Shown one piece after another: positions 56,752-64,000 of a DNA stretch of 64,000 nucleotides. Every line of letters starts with the position of its first letter. Position 1 is the stretch's first letter. The notes below the pieces were generated by a model. The model was not told where the DNA came from. It was given only the letters and a program-made list of their open reading frames with translations, and did not search any database. The stretch is from a virus. The position numbers were made by a program, and so were the translations under genes. The stretch is taken from IMG/VR virus record IMGVR_UViG_3300035670_010555, positions 96,001-160,000 of that record; one strand, given 5' to 3'.

Positions 56752-57856
56752 TATAGACAAATCATACCAACAACTTTTACAAGATATCCTTGATAATGGT
56801 ATTCAAAAAAAGGATAGAACTGGAACTGGAACCATTTCTGTATTCGGAAGACAAATTCGTCATAAAATGTCAGAGGGGTTTCCTCTTCTTACGACTAAGA
56901 AGATGGCGTGGAAAACTATGGTGACAGAACTTCTATGGTTTTTGAGAGGGGATACCAACATCAAATTCTTATTGGATTATAATTGTCACATTTGGGATGG
57001 AGATGCCTTCAAAAACTTTATGAATAATATCGAAGGCAATCCAGATTTAATTTGGAATCAAGAACAATTCATTAAGAAAATAAAAACCGACGAAGAGTTT
57101 GCACATAAGTGGGGTGATTTAGGCCCTATCTATGGGGCTCAATGGAGAAGTTGGGAAACAAGAAAAGTGGTTAATGATTCCAAATTATTACCTGAATATT
57201 TTGACGATACTGAACTAATAGACCAAATCAAAAACCTAGTCAATGAACTTAAGTCAAATCCTGATAGTAGAAGATTGATGGTATCTGCTTGGAATGTGGG
57301 TGAATTAGACCAAATGGTTTTACCACCTTGTCATTATGGATTTCAAGTTTATACAAGAGAGTTAAGTATTGGAGAAAGATTGGATTTGGCATCCAAAATA
57401 TATTATGTTGGTTTTGAACCATCTGACTTTGTTAAGGTTACACATCAAGAAATTGATAAGTTATATCCCGTTCCTAAACGAGCAATCTCTCTAATGTGGA
57501 ATCAAAGAAGTGTAGATACATTTTTAGGATTGCCATTCAACATTGCTTCTTATGGTTTGTTATTGGAGATTATTGCAAAGGAAGTTAATATGATACCTGA
57601 TGAATTGATTGGTAACTTGGGTGATGTGCATTTATACTCAAACCACATTGAACAGGCAAAAGAACAAATCCGTAGAGATCCATTTGAATTACCATCAGTA
57701 ACGATAACTGAAAGAGAATGGTATCTACATGAATTGGTTAAATCAAAATCGGAAGAAAGAAATTTTGAACGAAAAATTAGGAGTTACAGACCTGATTGTT
57801 TTGAATTGGTGGGTTATCAGTCACATGATAAAATTAAAGCTCCTTTGTCGAATTGA
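56744..57856 (+). CDS. thyA: Thymidylate synthase
   Basis: DRTGTGT, ELLWFL.G, GPIYG.QWR, LPPCH, QRS.D..LG.PFN and H.Y.NH; start revised to ATG 56744. Confidence 0.95.
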   Translation: MNNIDKSYQQLLQDILDNGIQKKDRTGTGTISVFGRQIRHKMSEGFPLLTTKKMAWKTMVTELLWFLRGDTNIKFLLDYNCHIWDGDAFKNFMNNIEGNPDLIWNQEQFIKKIKTDEEFAHKWGDLGPIYGAQWRSWETRKVVNDSKLLPEYFDDTELIDQIKNLVNELKSNPDSRRLMVSAWNVGELDQMVLPPCHYGFQVYTRELSIGERLDLASKIYYVGFEPSDFVKVTHQEIDKLYPVPKRAISLMWNQRSVDTFLGLPFNIASYGLLLEIIAKEVNMIPDELIGNLGDVHLYSNHIEQAKEQIRRDPFELPSVTITEREWYLHELVKSKSEERNFERKIRSYRPDCFELVGYQSHDKIKAPLSN

Positions 57857-57859
57857 GTC

Positions 57860-58096
57860 ATGCAAATTGTTATTCTACTCAGTAAAGATGTTCCTCGAGA
57901 AATTGCAGAGTTAATCTTGGGACACAAGTTGGAGGGTGGCTACTCGATAGATTATGCATTAAATTCTTTGGTTTCCTATTATAATGGTAAAGAAATTATT
58001 ATATTTGATTTTACGAAATATCTAAGATTGGACAACCGATTTAGTGGATATGAAATAGACGATTACGGAACAAAAATAGTTATAAATTTCAAATAA
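57860..58096 (+). CDS. Small hypothetical protein
   Basis: 78-aa ORF following thyA. Confidence 0.5.
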   Translation: MQIVILLSKDVPREIAELILGHKLEGGYSIDYALNSLVSYYNGKEIIIFDFTKYLRLDNRFSGYEIDDYGTKIVINFK

Positions 58097-58333
58097 ATGT
58101 TAAAGTTAACGGAAACACAAAAAAAACAAACTTATGAAATAAGTTTGGAGTCGAATGGTATTGTTGTCGGGTCATTTGTAAAAATTGATGGGTTCTTCTA
58201 TTATTACCCACCAAAAGATAGATTTTGGGGGTGTTACTCAGAAGAATTTCTTAAGAGTTTATCGAATGAGATAGAAAAATTAAATTATCCAATTAATAAG
58301 AATATTGACGAATACTTCGAATTACAAACGTAG
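58097..58333 (+). CDS. Small hypothetical protein
   Basis: 78-aa ORF abutting the upstream gene. Confidence 0.5.
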   Translation: MLKLTETQKKQTYEISLESNGIVVGSFVKIDGFFYYYPPKDRFWGCYSEEFLKSLSNEIEKLNYPINKNIDEYFELQT

Positions 58334-58605
58334 AATTATATTATGGAAGATTCGAAAGCTCGTTGTAAATGTGGTTGGCCGTGGATATTCCACTATAATT
58401 CAAAAGGAAAAATGAATGCAATATTCAAAGCCAAACTCCCACAAAAAACTATTGAAGATTATATTAAAGGAGATTATTGGTTAAAAAATGAAAAAAGTTG
58501 AAGAAGTATTTGTAATTTCCAATCCTTATAAGGATTGAATCATTTAACACTTTTTCGTTAAATCGAGGATAATTACGGGAGAGATAATTAATCTCTCTCA
58601 CATTA

Positions 58606-58836
58606 TTATTCAGACATAAGTTTTTTCCACGAATCAGTAGAACTAATTAGAGCTAGATTAACCCCATTTTCCCATTTAACACTAATTATCTTTTCCTCTC
58701 CACCAGGTTCAAAGGGGTCAGTGGTTACGTCGGTAACTTTACCAATCGTTCCAGGAGGCACACCAATTTCTCCATCCATGTGATAACACATGACTTTATC
58801 TCCAACTTTTAATTCCGCATTTAATGATCCTTTCAT
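58606..58836 (-). CDS. DUF4314-like small protein
   Basis: GD.V....M.....VPPGT.G.V......I.VKWENG..L.L....D pattern; start revised to 58836. Confidence 0.6.
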   Translation of the reverse strand: MKGSLNAELKVGDKVMCYHMDGEIGVPPGTIGKVTDVTTDPFEPGGEEKIISVKWENGVNLALISSTDSWKKLMSE

Positions 58837-58869
58837 AACAATAAATATATACAATATATTTATATTCAT

Positions 58870-59490
58870 ATGGAATTTTTAATTACAGAATCTCAACTAA
58901 GAGTTCTTCTTCAAGAAGAAGAAAAATCCCAACTTGGTTTATACGTGAAAAACATGTATGCCTTTACAAAACAAATGTTAAATAAAGTTTTCAAATCTTA
59001 TGGTATAAATCTAAGAATGTTGTTGACTTGGGGTACATCAGTTGGAGGTTTGGTTCTTCCTCTTGACCAATATTTGAGAACTCAGCATTTAGGTTTGGAT
59101 GAAGACCAAAGAATGTTGGTATTAGTGGGAATTATTTTTGCGTTATTTTTCGAGACCAAAAGACCATTCATGAAAATTATGTCCTTGATTAAGGAAAATG
59201 GTTTGGAAAATATTTTTCAAGATGGACTTCGAAAAGGAACACAATTAAGAGATGCGTTTACAAACTTTTTATCGTCGACAAACACAGGAGTTGGGACATT
59301 TTTGGAGGCTATCGCCTACAGTTTCCTAATTCCTATTATTACAGATTTTCAATCCGTATTAGGCCAAACGGAAGACATTGAAACCGCAGCAATATTAATT
59401 GCTGAAAGATTGTTGGCCGCAGGAGTTATCTTAGTCGGAAGGCAAGCCTTAATTGATGTAGTAAAAAATATTTTGAAAAGATTAGGATAA
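58870..59490 (+). CDS. Hypothetical membrane-associated protein
   Basis: LITESQL N-terminal motif; hydrophobic segments. Confidence 0.55.
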   Translation: MEFLITESQLRVLLQEEEKSQLGLYVKNMYAFTKQMLNKVFKSYGINLRMLLTWGTSVGGLVLPLDQYLRTQHLGLDEDQRMLVLVGIIFALFFETKRPFMKIMSLIKENGLENIFQDGLRKGTQLRDAFTNFLSSTNTGVGTFLEAIAYSFLIPIITDFQSVLGQTEDIETAAILIAERLLAAGVILVGRQALIDVVKNILKRLG

Positions 59491-59497
59491 CAATAAT

Positions 59498-59890
59498 TTA
59501 GTCTACAAGATTAACAACTTCGGTACAAACTAATGGATTTTCTATTCCGAAGTAAATTAAAACATCCGATAATAAATCATTGGTTTTACGAACTACCATA
59601 TAATAAGACCCACTTTCGGCGGTTAAAGTTCTCTGTCCCGCTAAATCTTTAATTGCTGAAAAATATATATCTGACCCACCTCCTGATGGTAGAATATAAA
59701 GCGTGTATTCAATATATTCTTTGTCAATGACTTGTCTATAAATTTTTGTCCCTGATAATTCCATCTTGAATTTTGTCTGAAATTTGAAAATGGGAGATTC
59801 ATCGGCACCAGGAGGAGCCCATTCCAAATCGAATGTATGTGTTTCTAAAAATCTATTGATTTTGTTCCATAACGGACTTGATGGTTCCAT
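59498..59890 (-). CDS. Hypothetical protein
   Basis: 130-aa ORF. Confidence 0.5.
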   Translation of the reverse strand: MEPSSPLWNKINRFLETHTFDLEWAPPGADESPIFKFQTKFKMELSGTKIYRQVIDKEYIEYTLYILPSGGGSDIYFSAIKDLAGQRTLTAESGSYYMVVRKTNDLLSDVLIYFGIENPLVCTEVVNLVD

Positions 59891-59893
59891 ATC

Positions 59894-60166
59894 CTATAAT
59901 TCTTCTATTTCGACAACCAATTGGTCCGGTCCTTTTATGACTCTGTGCCAAACAAATTTGGGAATGTGAATATGACTGGCCCGAGACAATTTGACTGGCA
60001 ATTCATTTTCCATTTGAAATGACCATCCACCATCTTCGATAATGGTTACATTTCGGTCATTAAAGTCTTGGTGCCACTTTAATTCTTCTTCCTCCACATC
60101 AGGACTAAACGTCCTGATTTTTTTATTATCAACTTCTATTTGTTCAAAAGGAAAATCCATTACCAA
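59894..60166 (-). CDS. Cupin-like small protein
   Basis: WHQD...IP...WHRV motif. Confidence 0.6.
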   Translation of the reverse strand: MVMDFPFEQIEVDNKKIRTFSPDVEEEELKWHQDFNDRNVTIIEDGGWSFQMENELPVKLSRASHIHIPKFVWHRVIKGPDQLVVEIEEL

Positions 60167-60783
60167 GAATTTGAAGATGATAATCCGAGTTGTTTTGCGT
60201 AACGACCTACATTACAGCTCCAGTATCCTGCAGTGGTTCTGTCTTTCTTTTGGTCACATTTATGTCGTGCTCTAAATGATTTCGCAGCTCCCTTATTTTT
60301 ATTTCTAACTCTTAAGTTAGGGTCGCCAAAAGAAACTTTTTTAATACCACCACTTTTAGATTTCACATAAACCGCAAATTTCTTTGGCCCTCCGGAAGTT
60401 CTAAATGGTTTATTCAACTTAACATTTTTACCTCTATGTTTCGCTTCTTCCAAAACGTCTTCCTCATCTTCATCTTCATTCACAAATGGGGCATCAAGAT
60501 AAATTAATTGACCTTTAATCATTACTTTTTTACCTAAGTCTGATTCAACCATCAAAGTATCCTCTTCATTCAGTTCGATTTTACCTGCTTCCCACAATCT
60601 TCTTACTTCATTTACCAAATCGAAATAACTTTCAGAATAAGCTCTGAAAATGTTATTTGTCAAAGTTAATTCATTATCAACATGGTATTTTAATGCCTCA
60701 GAAAGTTCAACAGATTCTTTAATAATTAAAGATTTGTTCAAATGGTCTTCTAATGTTTCTTTGATAAGTTCCCTTAAATCCAT
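60160..60783 (-). CDS. Hypothetical protein with basic C-terminal domain
   Basis: KKFAVYV...KKVSFGD...SFRARHKC...AGYWSC motif, seen in large viruses. Confidence 0.6.
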   Translation of the reverse strand: MDLRELIKETLEDHLNKSLIIKESVELSEALKYHVDNELTLTNNIFRAYSESYFDLVNEVRRLWEAGKIELNEEDTLMVESDLGKKVMIKGQLIYLDAPFVNEDEDEEDVLEEAKHRGKNVKLNKPFRTSGGPKKFAVYVKSKSGGIKKVSFGDPNLRVRNKNKGAAKSFRARHKCDQKKDRTTAGYWSCNVGRYAKQLGLSSSNSW

Positions 60784-60809
60784 TGGTATGCTATTTCTTA
60801 TAAATACTC

Positions 60810-61427
60810 TTATTCCTTATTAAATTTAATCTTCCAATATACCCCTCCCATTATGTATGGAGTGAAACTACCTGTTACCCCATCAAAAGTTCTATTTGCA
60901 ACACCTCCACCAATTTGAAATATTTTATCGTCTTTGGTTTTCAATAATACACTTGTACCTAGTGAATTAACCCAATCTTGGTGACTTAAAGCCCCATTCA
61001 ATCCAATATAAACTTGGTTCCTAACTTTCGGTGGTTCAGGTACAGGTTCCCTAACTATCTTGGGTTTGACATTTGCGGTAAACTTTCTTGAAACAACATT
61101 ATTTTGTGAAATGGTGTCAAATAAATATATAAACCCCTGATTATTATTCAACGTTATTGTATCCTGTACGAAATTTTTCAAGTAAAAATTTTTGAGAATG
61201 AATGCGGTGTCAACTATTGGAGTCGGTGCGGGTACTTCAACAATTTTCTCCACTTCAACCTCGTATGGTACTTCGACCTCCACTTCATAAATAACTTCTT
61301 GAGGTATTGTATCATAAATTAATTTTTCTTCTATTTCAATTTGTGGAGGGACGAAAAATTGTAAGAATATTATTATGCCCACCATTATGAGTATTATTAT
61401 GTGTCTAATATCAAATATCTTTTTCAT
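60810..61427 (-). CDS. Membrane-anchored protein with beta-rich C-terminus
   Basis: N-terminal TM segment, EVEVP repeats and C-terminal GVYWKI. Confidence 0.55.
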   Translation of the reverse strand: MKKIFDIRHIIILIMVGIIIFLQFFVPPQIEIEEKLIYDTIPQEVIYEVEVEVPYEVEVEKIVEVPAPTPIVDTAFILKNFYLKNFVQDTITLNNNQGFIYLFDTISQNNVVSRKFTANVKPKIVREPVPEPPKVRNQVYIGLNGALSHQDWVNSLGTSVLLKTKDDKIFQIGGGVANRTFDGVTGSFTPYIMGGVYWKIKFNKE

Positions 61428-61431
61428 ATCG

Positions 61432-62751
61432 TTATAGGATTAATCTTGATCCAATCAAGAAGTTACTTAAGATTGGGGAACCTGATGCTCCCAATGCTCT
61501 GTAGTTTAGGCTCAGACCGAATCTTTTACTAATTCGGTAATCAAATGAGGAACCAACCAAAAATGAAAATTGTCTATTAACCGTCGTTTCTCTTATTTTG
61601 GGGTTATATGATATTGGTGAATTCATAAGAAAAACCTGTGGTGACAATGTAATTTTTGAATTTACGGTATATGGTTTTGTCCAAAACACAACTGCGGAAG
61701 TTGAGAGAGATAAGTTAAATACCGATTTCTTTTCAGAATCTTTTAACAATAAAGTAATTACACCAACGTTATATCCATAGGTACCGTATTTTTCACTTGG
61801 TTTAATATTCGTATATCCAACTAACCCCATATAATTTCCTTCCAAGTAGGCGCCTGTAACTGAATACGAATGAATCCGATTCAACTTACCATCTTGAAAG
61901 TCCATCTTGGTATATCCTCCACCTACTGCAAATTGATTTAATGTACTCCAAATCATTGCATTTGCACTCCAAGATTCGTTTCCTGCCAACGATGATTGGC
62001 TCACTCCGAATGATGCGATTACACTATATTTCAAATCAGGTCCTTGTGCGGTTGTCAAATCAGACGCAACCAACATTGGATTTACGGGGGCTGCTTTCTT
62101 TTTTTCACCTTTACCTTTTTCATCTGAACTTTCATCCCCACTTTCACTTGAATCTCCTCCTTCGGATCCACCTTCTTCTGAACTACCTTCACTGGAATTC
62201 GATTCACTTGAACTTGATTCACTTGAACTTGATTCTCCCGTACTATTTCCCGAACTTGTTTCACTCGATGAGGACTGTGATGATGAACTCGAACTTGTTG
62301 AGGAAGAAGAGGATGATGTTGTGGAAGAAGCTGCAGAGGACGCAGAAGAAGAAGCCGCTGATGATGCTGAAGATGATGCCGCTGAGGAAGCTGCTGATGA
62401 CGCAGCGGAGGATGCTGCTGAAGAGGCGGCGGCTGATGCGGCATTTGCTGCGGCTTGTGATACTGCTTGTGTGACAGTTTGGGTTACTACCTCATTTGCC
62501 GGACATGGAGTGGAAAAAATTCCATTAACCCACATTGTGACTTCTCCTGAAATAAATTGTTGGTATGTAAATGTTTTGGATTTGTTTCTGACGATGACTA
62601 ATATACCACTGTTTGATTGTATCGGTATAGAAACAACATATGTTTTTGAATCACAGGGGTCAATGTAAGTTTGAGTTACTACTTGCCCCTGTGATTCGTG
62701 GTAAAATAATACCACAAAAAATAACATTAAAAATATTTTTAGACTTTTCAA
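61432..62751 (-). CDS. Secreted protein with Ser/Ala-rich linker and probable outer-membrane beta-barrel
   Basis: Signal peptide, (SAAS)n/poly-Ser linker and alternating beta-strand C-domain. Confidence 0.6.
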   Translation of the reverse strand: MKSLKIFLMLFFVVLFYHESQGQVVTQTYIDPCDSKTYVVSIPIQSNSGILVIVRNKSKTFTYQQFISGEVTMWVNGIFSTPCPANEVVTQTVTQAVSQAAANAASAAASSAASSAASSAASSAASSSASSAASSSASSAASSTTSSSSSSTSSSSSSQSSSSETSSGNSTGESSSSESSSSESNSSEGSSEEGGSEGGDSSESGDESSDEKGKGEKKKAAPVNPMLVASDLTTAQGPDLKYSVIASFGVSQSSLAGNESWSANAMIWSTLNQFAVGGGYTKMDFQDGKLNRIHSYSVTGAYLEGNYMGLVGYTNIKPSEKYGTYGYNVGVITLLLKDSEKKSVFNLSLSTSAVVFWTKPYTVNSKITLSPQVFLMNSPISYNPKIRETTVNRQFSFLVGSSFDYRISKRFGLSLNYRALGASGSPILSNFLIGSRLIL

Positions 62752-62773
62752 TTATCATCGGTTTCAAAATATT

Positions 62774-63493
62774 TTATTCTGTGAATATTCCTTTTTTAAT
62801 CATTCTATCCAAAATTCTGGCACAAGCAATGTCGAGCGCTTTTTTGGTCGCAATAGATATTGTAGATTGATTGAATTTGACTGGGTCAACTGTAGCATCT
62901 GATAAAAGTGTTAGTTCTCTTGTCGTTACTGCTTCACCCAAACCTGATGCTCCAAAAACAACACCTGTTTCCGCATTTGTGAATCTAACTTGAAGGCCAA
63001 TACGTGTCACCATCATATTTTTAACTCCGTCTTTTAGATTCACAGTTTCGTCCTCAGATACAGAATAATCATAACATTCTATTGTTACAAAATATTCCGC
63101 CAAGTTAATTTTACCAAAGCCATCTAATTGATTTTCAGAAATACCCGCTTGTGATGCTTGGAATTGTTTGACCATTCGGTTTTTGATTTCTGTCTTGTCT
63201 TCAGTGAATTTGAATCTGTTAAGATTCTCAAGATATTCCATCGAGATGTTTGCAACCCCCAAACCAACTCTTTTTTCTTTTAACTCAGGATACATCTCAT
63301 ACATTTCATCAGATATACCAGCCTTTAATATTTGAATTGGTATTTGTTTTCCTTCATAATCCATAAATTGACTAATATCAATTGCAGTTTCGAATGATGC
63401 CTTGTATTGTTCTGTTTTTGTGGAACCAACTGTTTGAGCAAACAAACCGTTACTCATAATCAATGCCGATGATAATATCAATAAATTTTTCAT
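62774..63493 (-). CDS. CsgG/FlgO-like periplasmic protein
   Basis: Signal peptide; L...NRF......R and VRF..AETG.V....G motifs of CsgG-like folds. Confidence 0.55.
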   Translation of the reverse strand: MKNLLILSSALIMSNGLFAQTVGSTKTEQYKASFETAIDISQFMDYEGKQIPIQILKAGISDEMYEMYPELKEKRVGLGVANISMEYLENLNRFKFTEDKTEIKNRMVKQFQASQAGISENQLDGFGKINLAEYFVTIECYDYSVSEDETVNLKDGVKNMMVTRIGLQVRFTNAETGVVFGASGLGEAVTTRELTLLSDATVDPVKFNQSTISIATKKALDIACARILDRMIKKGIFTE

Positions 63494-63560
63494 ATTTACC
63501 ATTGTTTTATTGTTTCAAAAAACGTACTCATTATTTTGTTCCAAATCTTTTTCCACTTCA

Positions 63561-63899
63561 TTATTCTTCTATTGATTCACTGTTAGACCCCAAAGTGTTG
63601 CTCAAAGATACACCATCCTCTTCATCCATTTTTTGAACCAACATTTTATCTTTATCAGTATCAGAGAACCAATAATCAATAATTTTACCATAAGAACCAA
63701 TAAAGGCTCCCAACATAAGAAGTAGTAATTCTTTCCATTCTTGTCCTACCGTAGTATTCATATGTATCGATATTACAATACCCACCGTAAGTAATAAGAA
63801 TGTTAATAACACAATTGCAGTTATTAACCATCTTCGTTTCATCATAGAATTCAGTAGTTCCCTGAATCCCGTGTTCATTGATTGATTAATTTGTGACAT
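63561..63899 (-). CDS. Two-TM membrane protein (holin-like)
   Basis: Two TM segments followed by IIDYWF and an acidic tail. Confidence 0.5.
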   Translation of the reverse strand: MSQINQSMNTGFRELLNSMMKRRWLITAIVLLTFLLLTVGIVISIHMNTTVGQEWKELLLLMLGAFIGSYGKIIDYWFSDTDKDKMLVQKMDEEDGVSLSNTLGSNSESIEE

Positions 63900-64000
63900 A
63901 CTTTTTATTTTAATACGTGTCTTTTATGGTCTATGTGGCCAAGCCCATCCTTTATTCTTACCTCTTAAAAGTAGATAAGTCGCTCCTCCGAAGAATATTG

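Overview
This window is a 64-kb segment of a large, AT-rich, T4-related tailed-phage (jumbo-type) genome. The host is most likely Bacteroidota, based on TAnnTTTG promoter boxes, an Oar-like TonB-dependent receptor, DUF4494-like and Lacal_2735-like proteins and a tmRNA tag starting with Gly. The left third is the virion module: gp5-like baseplate hub, major capsid, scaffold, prohead protease, portal and large terminase, with ribosomal protein bS21 inserted on the opposite strand. The middle carries host-takeover functions: a ClpC without its N-domain, a divergent twin-UVR protein, peptidases, a tmRNA with a non-canonical tag and the TonB receptor. A minus-strand RNA island at about 36.9-46.3 kb holds 17 conventional-looking tRNAs, one tRNA-Asp-like RNA with a giant extra arm, nine tRNA-Leu-like scaffolds with conserved ends and unrelated interiors, and many stem-closed intergenic RNAs. 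The right part has ClpP, an HNH nuclease, an RNA ligase, thyA and membrane proteins. There are two lead candidates for an undescribed system. (1) A 29-codon leader peptide with a terminator/antiterminator and boxA at 42.9-43.1 kb, whose central 19 codons use only, and all of, the 11 amino acids served by the downstream tRNAs; this suggests a multi-tRNA-sensing attenuator. (2) The array of anticodon-less tRNA scaffolds carrying variable cargo RNAs. All calls come from reading the sequence; no database search or folding program was run.
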